A stretch of 64,000 bases of DNA from an uncultured bacterium (GTDB taxonomy: Bacteria; Oederibacteriota; PGYV01; Palsa-1178). The notes beneath the pieces were generated by a model. It was given only the letters and a program-made list of their open reading frames with translations, had not been told where the DNA came from and searched no databases. Positions 50,442 through 60,596 of the stretch are shown here, piece by piece (positions within the stretch are counted from its first letter, which is position 1; each line of letters starts with the position of its first letter). The position numbers and the translations under genes are program-made. Where the stretch lies: positions 6,614 through 70,613 of the forward strand of contig CALAOR010000023.1 of NCBI GenBank assembly GCA_937889595.1, in the 5' to 3' direction.

Positions 50442-51371
50442 CTACATGTATATCTTTTTGATATTTAATTCGGACAGGTTCATGTTCCCTATCCCTTTTT
50501 CATGCGCGAGCCTTATATAGCCTATGTCTTTGGGCTCCACACCGAAAATCTTCGCCGCCGCCGCATCCGCGGCCACCGGGTCGCGGGATAATATCTGGCT
50601 GCCCATCTCCACCACATCCTCAGGGGAAACCCCCCTGGGCCCGTTGCGGGTCATGACCCTGTACGCATCGACGACGGTAAGGTCGGGCTTCCTGAAAGCC
50701 GCAAAATCCGCTATACACTGGTGTATGTTGTTTGTGTGCCAGGCCGCGCGGTTCCATATGATGCCCATGTTGTTTTTCATCCCTATGGTAACTTTGGTCG
50801 AACCATGGTTTTTTAAGACCGGGACATTTATGAACACATCGCAGTCGGTTATAAGTTCATGCACTTCCGCGGTGGTGATTGCTTTGCCTCCCGGTATGAT
50901 CTGCTTTTTATAATTTTCTTTCTTGTCTCCCGGAGCCATGATGCCGCCCGCGGATTTAACAGCCGCTTCAATACCGGAAGTTTTATATGTGTCCGTCCAG
51001 TTATCGCAGGTGTGATCAAAAACAAAAACTTTCTTTGCGCCTGCCGCGTAACATTCCTTTATGATTGCCGTAACAAGACCGGGGTTCGTGTTTGCCGCGC
51101 CTTCCGGTGCGACATCCCAGCCTATGTTGGGCTTTACGACCACAGTCTGGCCCGGTTTCACAAAAGCTTTCATTCCGCCAAGGGCTTTTATGCCCGCGCT
51201 GAACATAGCAACAGGCAGGCCCCCCTTGACAGCCACTAATTCAGGGACATCGGCCAGGGACGGCTCTTTCTTTATCGCCGCAAAAACCTTTTCAAACCCG
51301 CCAAACAATGATGCTGTGGCTGCAACAATACCGAACTGGATCGCTTTTTCGAAAAATTCCCTGCGGTTCAT
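50442..51371 (-). CDS. DUF362 domain protein with Tat signal
   Basis: Start re-called at MNRREFF; VVKPNIGW, INVPVLKNH, MKN, DPVAAD. Confidence 0.85.
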   Translation of the reverse strand: MNRREFFEKAIQFGIVAATASLFGGFEKVFAAIKKEPSLADVPELVAVKGGLPVAMFSAGIKALGGMKAFVKPGQTVVVKPNIGWDVAPEGAANTNPGLVTAIIKECYAAGAKKVFVFDHTCDNWTDTYKTSGIEAAVKSAGGIMAPGDKKENYKKQIIPGGKAITTAEVHELITDCDVFINVPVLKNHGSTKVTIGMKNNMGIIWNRAAWHTNNIHQCIADFAAFRKPDLTVVDAYRVMTRNGPRGVSPEDVVEMGSQILSRDPVAADAAAAKIFGVEPKDIGYIRLAHEKGIGNMNLSELNIKKIYM

Positions 51372-51388
51372 GAAACACCTCCGTTTAT

Positions 51389-52420
51389 TTACCTGAATAC
51401 CAGGATGATAACAAAATAAAATACCATAAGGCTTAAACCAAACAACACCCCTGCTTTTGCCCATTCCGAACTTTTTATCTTTAACTTATTAGCCGCTATT
51501 ATATTCGGTATGTTGCCCGGGATCAAAAGGCCGCCTGCTATGATCAAACCCATGAGCGCTGATTTTACCTGCGTAATATCCATACGCGGCCCCACTTCCG
51601 CCGCGGTTAATGTCGCGTTGTCAAGAGCGGCTGATATGATGTTCATCCAGTACAGCGCGTAAAACGGGATCTTTGATATGTACCCGTCTATGATCGGCTT
51701 AAAACCCGCGCCCAAAAGCACAAGAGCCATGACAAAAATATATACCTTGCCCGTTCTTATGAATATACCGCTGATTTTTTCATCTTCTTTTTCCTTTAAC
51801 CCTTCGGCATGGCTGACCTTTTTAACCAGCAAAGCCGCCGTTATGCCGGTTATCAAAATACCGGGGATTATGTAAATCCACAGGTTTTTAAACAGGAACC
51901 AGAATCCCGCGAAATAAGGCGCCCCGCTTAACTTGGCAACCGCGATAGTCCCCAAAGGCTCGCCCATGGGCGTCAAAGCCGCGCCCATGCCTATGGAAAA
52001 ACAGGAAAAAACAACCATCAGTATTTCATTCTTTTTGTCGAGCTTTAAATGCCCCACTATCTCAACCAGCACAAGCGCGGCTATGATCGCGGTTATCACG
52101 CTGGAAAAAAGGCCGAGTAAAACAACAACAAGAAAAATAAACCATCTTACCCCGGTTGCCTTTAAAATATTATTCACATGGCCGTCGATTGAGCTTTTAA
52201 GAACCCTGAACAACAGCCCGGCAACCAGTACAGCAGCGGTTATTTTTATGGGGTCCGCCAGTGCTTCCGCAACCAGACTTAAACTCCACTGGCCTGTAAA
52301 AGTTACCGCTAACAGGCCCATGATGAACAGAAATATTTCAAGCTCCTTTTCGACAACATGAACGGCAAAAGGGAGGACTAGGACAAGCAAAAGAATTATG
52401 AACAAACCTGTTATTACCAT
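51389..52420 (-). CDS. DUF1646 family membrane protein (putative transporter)
   Basis: Start re-called at MVITGL; GAALTPMGEP, ALDNATLTAAE, LIPGNIPNII. Confidence 0.8.
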   Translation of the reverse strand: MVITGLFIILLLVLVLPFAVHVVEKELEIFLFIMGLLAVTFTGQWSLSLVAEALADPIKITAAVLVAGLLFRVLKSSIDGHVNNILKATGVRWFIFLVVVLLGLFSSVITAIIAALVLVEIVGHLKLDKKNEILMVVFSCFSIGMGAALTPMGEPLGTIAVAKLSGAPYFAGFWFLFKNLWIYIIPGILITGITAALLVKKVSHAEGLKEKEDEKISGIFIRTGKVYIFVMALVLLGAGFKPIIDGYISKIPFYALYWMNIISAALDNATLTAAEVGPRMDITQVKSALMGLIIAGGLLIPGNIPNIIAANKLKIKSSEWAKAGVLFGLSLMVFYFVIILVFR

Positions 52421-52453
52421 AAAAACTCCCGTCTTGCAATTTTTTTGCATTTC

Positions 52454-52588
52454 GTAGAGATGGGCTCTTGTCCGCCAAAGCTTCAGCGGAGGCGGGTACT
52501 CCCTCTCACCACGGCTTTGAAAAGCCCTGTTCACAACAACGTCTTTTGCCAAACCTCTGCGATGAGAGGGGGCAAGCCCCCTCTCTAC
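52454..52588. repeat. GTAG REP doublet with a hairpin inserted in the first REP
   Basis: GTAGAGATGGG..[TCCGCCAAAGCTTCAGCGGAGGCGGG]..CCCTCTCA, then TGAGAGGGGGCAAGCCCCCTCTCTAC. Confidence 0.7.
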
Positions 52589-52669
52589 ATGTTTTTTTAA
52601 GCTTTTTGAAAATTTACCCGCACACAAACTTGCGCCACAAGTACCCTGTGTAATTTCAAAAATTCCTTT

Positions 52670-53018
52670 TCAAATGGAAAATGAGAGGTTCAGACGGTTC
52701 CTGCCTTTTATAAGGGATAAGACCGCCAGAATGATGTTAACTATGGCCGCTGCAGCTATCAGGTAATATATCATAGGTAAATTTTACGCTTTGGGGGGTA
52801 AAAGGTCAAACGGTTTTTAAGACTATGTGTACCCTTGACTTGTTGATTATAACCCCTGCCTTGCAGAGTACGCCGAACATACCGCCTATTATCACGTCAT
52901 AAAAACCGCCCGCTAATAACCTGAAATAAAAAGGCTTGGCCGGTATGGTCATGCCAAACTCGATTTCCGGCATCAGGTCATAAAGGCCGAATGACCATGA
53001 GGAGTCAAAATCGGCTTG
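52670..53018 (-). pseudogene. Two probable gene remnants
   Basis: 34-aa MIYYLIAAAAIVNIILAVLSLIKGRNRLNLSFSI* (52774-52670, like the start of a 7TM sensor domain) and a 70-codon open fragment (53018-52806). Confidence 0.3.
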
Positions 53019-53043
53019 GTAATTAGTAATTTGAATTAAAGTC

Positions 53044-54337
53044 CTACTTCACAACCGCCGCCTTCATAACCCCTGACGCGTGTTCCCCGCGGCTTGTTGA
53101 TGCCTCAATCCTGTATATGAAAACACCGGATGCAACGGGCTTTACTGCCCTGTTCTTTCCATCCCAATAAATGCTGTTATATCCTGCTTTACCGGCTATA
53201 TCTTCCTGCCACCTTACAATCTCCCCTGATACGTCAAATATTTTTATCTTAACATCCGCATCCACTGAAAGTTTATAAACTATCTGGGTGTCGCGGATAA
53301 AAGGATTGGGGAAATTGCCCTTTAACTCCAGTATAAGAGGAAGCGGAGTTGCGGTAAAAGTCGGGGTCATGGTCTGCGTTGCCGTAATGGTGGGCGTGAT
53401 TGTCGCGGTATAAGTGTCGGTAAAAGTCTGCGTTACGGTAAAGGTCGGCGTGTCCGTGAAAGTTGGTGTCACTGTGAACGTCGGTGTTACAGACGGTGTG
53501 GCGGAAAAAGTCGATGTTCCCGTAAATGTCGGAGTGGACGTATTGGTCCAGGTCACAGTGGGAGTGTCGGAAAAAGTCATGGTTCCCGTAAATGTCGGAG
53601 TGGACGTAATGGACGGTGTTATAGTGAACGTAGAACTGAAAGTATACGTCGGTGTAATTGTCGGCGATATAGTGACGGTTTCCGTTATAGTATGCGTCGC
53701 GGTGATAGTGCCTGTCGGTGTCATGGTTGAAGTCGGGGCGACTGTCATGGTAAAAGTCGGGGTGGTTAAAAGCGCCTGTCTGTTCAGCCCGTAATAAGTC
53801 ACAAACGAAATACTCTGCCCGGGGTTGAGTGGGAATCCGGGCGAGGTTTCGTTCCCGTTGCACCACCATAAAACCACGGCGCTGTCATTCCCGATCACAC
53901 CGGCCGGAGACAAGGACCACTGGCCCGGTGCGGCAACCCCCACCCAGTTCGCTATCTCCATTATATCCGGTTCCGTCGCAGGCTCATCATATGGATTGTT
54001 TTTTGTGTACCCTCTTCCCACAAGCGTCGGGGTGCCGGGCGGCGGAATATCATAATCCCACCAGTCCGGCTTTATCTGGTTTAACGATTTATAATAAACT
54101 GTATTTGTTGTGATAAAGTTAAAGCCGTTGTCCACAGAAATATTTGCACCGTCGTTGGTGAGCACTTGCGTATCCAGTTCCAGCCTGAGAGCTACAGTAC
54201 TTGTAACGGCTGTTGTGTTTTTCAGGGTATATTTGATCTTGGCCGTATCCTGGGGTGAGCCGGCAGGATTATTTACAATTTCCCAGTCTGAACTGACATC
54301 TATACCCGCATAATCCAATTTGGCGTTTACGGTCAAA
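53044..54337 (-). pseudogene. 5'-truncated Thr-rich surface protein with FlgD-Ig/T9SS-like C-terminal domain
   Basis: No signal peptide or own start; fused in-frame to a DUF1016 fragment; CTD homologous to that of the 10895 gene. Confidence 0.6.
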
Positions 54338-54574
54338 ACCTTCCCCATAAAACAAAACCTCGCGTCAAGCTCAAGCATAAACCACTTTACCCTCTCCACC
54401 AGCCGTTTTTCAAGCTTCCTTTCAAGAACAGATTTAGTGAATACCAAGAAAACCCAGATTATAAACACTCTTCATGGACTCATCAACCTGTTTCGCCAGA
54501 TGCATAGGCATAGCCTTTGCATAATTGTTGGATTTTTTATCCTTTTTTACGTGCGTATAAGCGTCGGTGGTCAT
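54338..54574 (-). pseudogene. Fragment of a DUF1016/YhcG PD-(D/E)XK nuclease gene
   Basis: After a GAGGAGG RBS: ...LAKQVDESMKSVYNLGFLGI, frameshift, then SVLERKLEKRLVERVKWFMLELDARFCFMGK, resembling the YhcG LE..L...I..FLLELG.GF.FVG motif. Confidence 0.6.
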
Positions 54575-54811
54575 CTATGCCTCCTCAAAATGAATTAGCC
54601 TAGATTTTACCACCTTTTGAACAGATAATTATAATTGTCGTTTTCGGGAGTTTTAATTGTCATCAATCAGACATAGGCCACAAACAAAATAGGTTCGTTG
54701 ATAACCCCAGATTTCCTGCGCAGGTTCCTTACCGAAATGGTCTTTGGATTTTATTTACATATAATCATTATGTTGTTGTATTTGGTTATATGACTACGAG
54801 TTTACTCTTGC

Positions 54812-57800
54812 CTAAGGCGTCTGCGTTGGCACAGGCGTACAGGAACCGCAATTTTCGTTATACCGCCACAATGTCATATCATAACCATTTGTAACTCCAA
54901 ATATCACTAAGCCGCCCGTTGTCACGATCTTGCCGTAATTCGCCCCGCTGCCCGGATAATTATTGTAAACTGCGGACTTCATCGAATGATCCATCGCACC
55001 CGCCGCGGTTGTATAAGACACTATATTGGTTCCATTGCCAAATGACAAATCCGGCGTGCCGTCCGCGAAGTACCTAGCCATGAACATTATGGGCAGATAT
55101 GACGCATCGAACGCGTACCCGGTTGCCACCACCCTGCCGCATGTATCTATCAATATCCCGGCTCCGTCTTCATATGATCCGTTCGAATATATCTTGGGAG
55201 AGACCCATGACTGGTTGCCGTTTTGATCAAATTTGTATATCACCATGTCATCGTCAACGCCATTACTCATGCTTCCTGCTACGTAAATATAATCATTTTT
55301 GTCGATTGCAACGGCATTACCGTAAGCATATCCCGAATTGTTTACGGTTTTTGGCCATCCGGATTGCAGCGTCCCCGTTTCGCTAAGTTTCCATAAAGCA
55401 ATTTCGTAACCGGAGCCGCCATATATATAACCCGCAATATATATCTTCCCAGTCGAATCCACAGCTATGCCGCCCGGCGTAGGATAGGTGGACGACACGA
55501 CTACTACCACGCCATTTGTTCCAAAAGTTGTGTCAACCGACATCGTAACCAGGTCATACCTGATGACAAATAAACTTGTGCCGCCCCCGCTGATATTGCT
55601 TGTCCCGGTAATCAGGATTTTTTCATGCCCGTCTGAAGACGCCGTGTAGGAAAATATTCCCGTAACCACGTCTGTGTTATTGGCGTGGTCGTTTATGAGG
55701 TCATCCATGTTCAACACCAGCGTGCCCCCGGTACCGGGGACATACTTCCAGAGCGCCAGATTTGCACTATAATTCGGGTATGCCGGCCATATGATTCCCA
55801 CGACCCATATATTTCCCGACAGATCTTTTGTAATATCAACACCCCTGCTGCTGTCGCATGTATATGGCACAGTCACATTGCCGGAATTATCGGTTTTCCA
55901 TAACGCCATCTTGTTCATCGGATATTGACCGCTTATGGCTGTGGAACCGGTTACATATATGTTATTATCACTTCCTATGACAACACTGCTCCCTTTGTCC
56001 TGCGTGTAGCCTGCCCCGCCCGCGCCGTCATTGTTCACATAGCCATTTGACCCAAATCCGGCGTCAAGCGAAACACAATTGGTAACCATTGTAGGGGTGA
56101 TAGTCGGGGTCGGTAGAACGTTTATAGTCAAGTCTAAATTATATTGTTCAATAATATCACTTGAATTAAAAGGAGTTACTAAAACATAATAAACACCTGC
56201 ATCTAAAGTCACAGATATTTTGGAATAGTAATTAGCACCACCATCATCGTCAGTTATTATTGGATCACCCGACATATTATTACCGGAATAAAGCGTTAGT
56301 ACCGTATCATCATCACCTGTTCCCGAAGTTTCCAGTACAACGTCTGAACGGTAAGTTAATTCAAATTTAACCCAGTCATGATCACCGGCGGGCATTATAC
56401 TATGCACCTGGCGCGTGCCGCCTGTAATAGTACTGGCGTTCAAATATGAACCGTCATCCTCATAAGCATCAAGTACAAGAGTAGGTGTGGTTGTAAATGT
56501 CGGGGTTGATGTCAGGAAAGGTGTTGTTGTGTATGTGCATGTCGGTGATATAATAAGTGTATTTGTGTACGTGGGTGTAGCAGTATCCACAAATGTAGCC
56601 GAATCGGTTATAGTAGATGAATATACAGGTGTTTGCGTCAGAGTTAGTGTTTCTGTTCCCGTATTTGTTAAAGTTGGAGTAATAGATGGAGTAATATCAA
56701 AAAACTCCACCTTGTCAACCCATCCACTGTCATCAAGATCGCTGTCGCTTTCATCTTTGGCATATTCCCATCTTAAAGTATGTAATCCGGGCTTAAGCAC
56801 AAATTGCATATTTTCCCAGTCAATTGAACCGCTTATTTCACCCAGATTTTCATCATCAACATAAAATAATAAGTAGTCATATGCTGCTTCCGACGCAACC
56901 TTCCAATAGAAACTCAATATTTTGTAATTATTAAAATTTACGGTTGTTTGCATAAATGTATTATCGTTATCTCCGATTCTCCCGCTTACAGCCGAAGTCC
57001 CGCCAAAATATGCTGTAAATGTGTCAACTGTCCATTCCATACTTCCACCTGTATACCAGTCCGAGCCGGTATATTCAACCGCCGCGCCAAGTCCATATGC
57101 CGCAGTTGAAGTCTGTGTAACTGTAAAAGTAGGTGTTATTGTAGTTGTAAAAGTATTTGTGACTGTAAACGAATAAGTTTGTGTCGAAGAATAAGTAGCA
57201 GTAAGGGTAACGGATACCGTGGATGTGAGTGTCCTACTTGGTGTAATCGTCGGCGTGAAAGATATGAATATTGTTTTTGTGTATGTTGGAGTATAGGTTA
57301 GTGAAATCGTAAATGTTTTTGTTATAGTTGTTGTTGGTGTAGACGTTTGAGTCCGTGTTCTGGTTGGAGACGCCGTAAAAGTTTTTGTCTTTGTCCCCGT
57401 TGGCGTGATAGTGGAAGTCCTGGTTCGCGTAGGTGTCACTGTCATTGACTTCGTCCTTGAACCGGTTGGTGTTATGGTGGGAGTTTTCGTCTTTGTCCAC
57501 GTCGGTGTAATTGAAGACGTACGCGTAAAGGTGTTGGTAACAGTTCTCGAAAGTGTTGGTGTGCAGGTAGATGTTGACTGCGGTGACTTCGTGATTGTTG
57601 AGGTTGCCGTAAATGTCTGTGTAAAAGTTCCGGTATTGGTAATTGTGCTTGTTCTGGTTGCAGTCAAAGTTAGTGTACTTGTATATGTTGAAGATAAAGT
57701 ATGCGTATTTGTAGCAGTTAAAGTTTGTGTAAGACTTGATGTTGTGGTATAAGACGCAGTTGATGACAAAGTAGCGGTAAATGTAAGAGTCGGAGTGAGC

Positions 57801-59521
57801 GTATAAACCGTCCCTAAAATCACTTTGTTTTCATAAGTATATGCATATCCCGTATTATTAACATTATCAATCGCTCTATATTCGATATAAAAGTATCCTT
57901 TTGCTGTTTCGTATGAGTTATCGGCAGGATTCAAAGCGAATTGTGGGTTTAAAACACTCACATCCCGCCAGTCACTCCACAGGGGTAAATCCGCACCCAC
58001 TCTATATTGAAATTTTTGTATCCCACTTCCGGTTCCATTATCGTCATCCCCGTCTCTGTAGCCAACAAATGAAAAAAGAGTTTCAGGAACTACATTGAGT
58101 ATCTTTCCTGAAAGTTGCGATTTATCCGGATCTGCTTTTAAACCTGCAATAAATGGAGCTGCGCTGTCGTGGCGTACGTAAAAAGTTGTACTTGCCGATG
58201 CAGAATACTCGCTATCATCAAACTGGGAAATATTCATAAAAGCAGTATGCAATCCTTTGTCGGCAGCATCGGATGATGTCTTAAAAGGTGAATAATTCAC
58301 GTTAAAAGCGCATCCCGTATTGCTTGATGATACAATCACCTGTTGAAGAGGATTAATAATATTGCCATTACAAAAGTCTTTAATGTAAAAATTGCCGCCT
58401 GGCGCGGTTGTTTCTATTTGAATCGTATTTATCCCATTTGGGAAATAGTTCTTAGTTACCGGGTTTATCCAAAATGTATCGTTTAAAAATCCAATTTTTT
58501 TTATTGTTACGCCCAGATTATAAAGACTTACATTGTCGTTTCCTACAGTCGCAGCCAGACCTTTTGTTGTCCAAACTCCGTTAACCTTGCTGTTGCATAT
58601 ACCTATACCCGGCCCATAGGAAGTAGATGTGGTCGGGTATGATTCTATGACCTGGTTCAAGTTGCTGTTAAAAACCGTTATATGGTCATTACTTGAGCCT
58701 TCCCTGCTGGATGCATAAATATTGTTGTTTTTATCCAGGTCTATTTTAAAATAATAATTCTTCACACTGTCGCTTGTCTGCGCCATGTAATCACCATTTG
58801 ACGCTAATTTATATATGATTTCGGCGCCTTTGTCGCACACATATATGGTACCGGAATCAAAATATGAAACCGCAATATCTGTTACTAAATTAAGTGGCAA
58901 TGATCCGCTTGGATTTATCACGCTTCTCGGAGTTCCATCAGGATTTAATGACTGAATCCTATGATTATCGGCATCAGCAACCCATATATTTCCACTGCCA
59001 TCATAACAGACTCCATATGGTTTTTTAAATTGCCCCGGCTGGTTCCCCGCCGTACCGATGATCTTCGGGTTATTCAAATTAATGCCATTGCTCAATATTA
59101 CAATATCAAACTCTACCAGCCTGTCATTATATGTATCCGCAACTATTACTTTATTAACACCATTTGTAGCAATGCCCATTGGATTATTGAATTTTTTCTC
59201 CGCAGTATAAAACGTCACATATTTATCCGTTGGGTCCAGGACATTCCATATAATTCTTCCAAAAAGCCTGTCAAGTGCAAAGACAGTCGGTAATTTTTTA
59301 AAATCATCCGCTACGGCATCGGCAGGATCCCCGTTAACTTTCAATAAAGCGACATCAACAAGATCGCCAAATAAAACAGAGTGGTCGTGAGAATAGTCAA
59401 ATTGATATTTTGCATTATCAATATAAGTAGCCAATTGAAATCCCGCGAACGAATAAGCACGAGACAACATGATCACAAAAAACAAAATAAACCCTTTTGT
59501 TATTTTCTTTTTTTCTTTCAT
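54812..59521 (-). CDS. Giant secreted protein: NHL propeller, Thr-rich stalks, beta-sandwich, PPC-like domain, delta-60-like propeller
   Basis: Start re-called at MKEKKK (signal peptide, GAGG RBS); FNNPMGIA/FKKPYGV NHL repeats; DAYED..DHDW; LDxxFGxNG repeats. Confidence 0.8.
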   Translation of the reverse strand: MKEKKKITKGFILFFVIMLSRAYSFAGFQLATYIDNAKYQFDYSHDHSVLFGDLVDVALLKVNGDPADAVADDFKKLPTVFALDRLFGRIIWNVLDPTDKYVTFYTAEKKFNNPMGIATNGVNKVIVADTYNDRLVEFDIVILSNGINLNNPKIIGTAGNQPGQFKKPYGVCYDGSGNIWVADADNHRIQSLNPDGTPRSVINPSGSLPLNLVTDIAVSYFDSGTIYVCDKGAEIIYKLASNGDYMAQTSDSVKNYYFKIDLDKNNNIYASSREGSSNDHITVFNSNLNQVIESYPTTSTSYGPGIGICNSKVNGVWTTKGLAATVGNDNVSLYNLGVTIKKIGFLNDTFWINPVTKNYFPNGINTIQIETTAPGGNFYIKDFCNGNIINPLQQVIVSSSNTGCAFNVNYSPFKTSSDAADKGLHTAFMNISQFDDSEYSASASTTFYVRHDSAAPFIAGLKADPDKSQLSGKILNVVPETLFSFVGYRDGDDDNGTGSGIQKFQYRVGADLPLWSDWRDVSVLNPQFALNPADNSYETAKGYFYIEYRAIDNVNNTGYAYTYENKVILGTVYTLTPTLTFTATLSSTASYTTTSSLTQTLTATNTHTLSSTYTSTLTLTATRTSTITNTGTFTQTFTATSTITKSPQSTSTCTPTLSRTVTNTFTRTSSITPTWTKTKTPTITPTGSRTKSMTVTPTRTRTSTITPTGTKTKTFTASPTRTRTQTSTPTTTITKTFTISLTYTPTYTKTIFISFTPTITPSRTLTSTVSVTLTATYSSTQTYSFTVTNTFTTTITPTFTVTQTSTAAYGLGAAVEYTGSDWYTGGSMEWTVDTFTAYFGGTSAVSGRIGDNDNTFMQTTVNFNNYKILSFYWKVASEAAYDYLLFYVDDENLGEISGSIDWENMQFVLKPGLHTLRWEYAKDESDSDLDDSGWVDKVEFFDITPSITPTLTNTGTETLTLTQTPVYSSTITDSATFVDTATPTYTNTLIISPTCTYTTTPFLTSTPTFTTTPTLVLDAYEDDGSYLNASTITGGTRQVHSIMPAGDHDWVKFELTYRSDVVLETSGTGDDDTVLTLYSGNNMSGDPIITDDDGGANYYSKISVTLDAGVYYVLVTPFNSSDIIEQYNLDLTINVLPTPTITPTMVTNCVSLDAGFGSNGYVNNDGAGGAGYTQDKGSSVVIGSDNNIYVTGSTAISGQYPMNKMALWKTDNSGNVTVPYTCDSSRGVDITKDLSGNIWVVGIIWPAYPNYSANLALWKYVPGTGGTLVLNMDDLINDHANNTDVVTGIFSYTASSDGHEKILITGTSNISGGGTSLFVIRYDLVTMSVDTTFGTNGVVVVVSSTYPTPGGIAVDSTGKIYIAGYIYGGSGYEIALWKLSETGTLQSGWPKTVNNSGYAYGNAVAIDKNDYIYVAGSMSNGVDDDMVIYKFDQNGNQSWVSPKIYSNGSYEDGAGILIDTCGRVVATGYAFDASYLPIMFMARYFADGTPDLSFGNGTNIVSYTTAAGAMDHSMKSAVYNNYPGSGANYGKIVTTGGLVIFGVTNGYDMTLWRYNENCGSCTPVPTQTP

Positions 59522-59573
59522 TAAAACACCTCTCAAACCGGTTAAATAAAATAAATATTTCTTTTTTAAAATT

Positions 59574-60596
59574 TTACTTGTGTTCATGGGGGGATCTTGG
59601 TTTTTTCTGTATGCGAACAGCAACATTTGATACATAAGTTACAGGCGCGGCTGTATTATTTTCTAAAGACGCGTTAGGCAGCACTTGCGGTTCAAGCATT
59701 TCAACAGTTTCATTCTGAAGCACTTCTGTCTGCCTATTAAATCTAAACGTCGTTCTCATTTTAGAGTTATTATGAATATGTGTAAAATATAACCTGTCAT
59801 TATTTTCGTCCATTTTCACCTCTAGAACCGATTCATCGGCCACGCCTTTAATTTCTTTCGGCTTATTTTTTCCAGAAATAATCAAATATTTATTTCCCCT
59901 TTGATACGCCAACAATTCCACATCATTATCCATTACCCGGAAAGCCAACAAATATCCCCCCCCGGAAGGGATGTCTATCTTTTTTGAGCTTATATTGCCA
60001 TTCCCGTCCATAATATAAAATCTTTGCTCGCTTTGCATTAATAAATGAGTCTTTGAATTATCGGTTTGTAGATTAAAATAATCATCCCTACCCAAAGGAG
60101 TGTTATCTAAATCGGCTATTTTGCCTGACGCCTGGTAGGCCCCTGCTTCTATTTGATATAAAGAATAATATTTTTTAACCATTTTTAGGGAGCCATTACT
60201 CAATGAAAATATCATGATTAAATTACCGCAATTAAAATCCTTACCCTCTTCCATATAGGTAAGATTGCCATATATTATTAATCTTTTACCGTAATCAGTA
60301 TTTAATGTCACATAATGAAACAAATAGGCCGTTATTTCACTTCCGATTTCCGCATTTTTATCCGCATTAATTTGTATATAATTATCACCTTCTTTATGGA
60401 ATATTGTCAGAAAATCATTTGGTTTTTTCAAAGTTGATACCAGCTCCGTATTGCCGTCGCCGTCAATATCCTCCTCCATTACTATGTTGTAATTATTTTT
60501 TATCGTTTGCAGATCAACCCCGGCGCATGCAATAGCGGCAAATATAAGCAAAAACACAACCAAAAAGACATTAACTTTATAAACATTTATTTTCAT
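59574..60596 (-). CDS. Exported hypothetical protein with an FG-GAP-like DxDGDG motif; candidate immunity protein
   Basis: Signal peptide; EDIDGDGNTELV; ATGA overlap with the upstream gene. Confidence 0.7.
   Translation of the reverse strand: MKINVYKVNVFLVVFLLIFAAIACAGVDLQTIKNNYNIVMEEDIDGDGNTELVSTLKKPNDFLTIFHKEGDNYIQINADKNAEIGSEITAYLFHYVTLNTDYGKRLIIYGNLTYMEEGKDFNCGNLIMIFSLSNGSLKMVKKYYSLYQIEAGAYQASGKIADLDNTPLGRDDYFNLQTDNSKTHLLMQSEQRFYIMDGNGNISSKKIDIPSGGGYLLAFRVMDNDVELLAYQRGNKYLIISGKNKPKEIKGVADESVLEVKMDENNDRLYFTHIHNNSKMRTTFRFNRQTEVLQNETVEMLEPQVLPNASLENNTAAPVTYVSNVAVRIQKKPRSPHEHK

Noticed and set aside
52421-52627. N-terminal extension of the DUF1646 ORF (including PPPLKLWRT)
   Set aside because: Read-through of REP sequence; the real start is ATG 52420. 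The same reasoning applies to the protease extension at 6545-6610.
53516-53608. 27-bp direct repeat with a 66-bp period (CRISPR-like dimensions)
   Set aside because: Only two copies, in frame inside a Thr-rich coding linker; no cas genes or leader.
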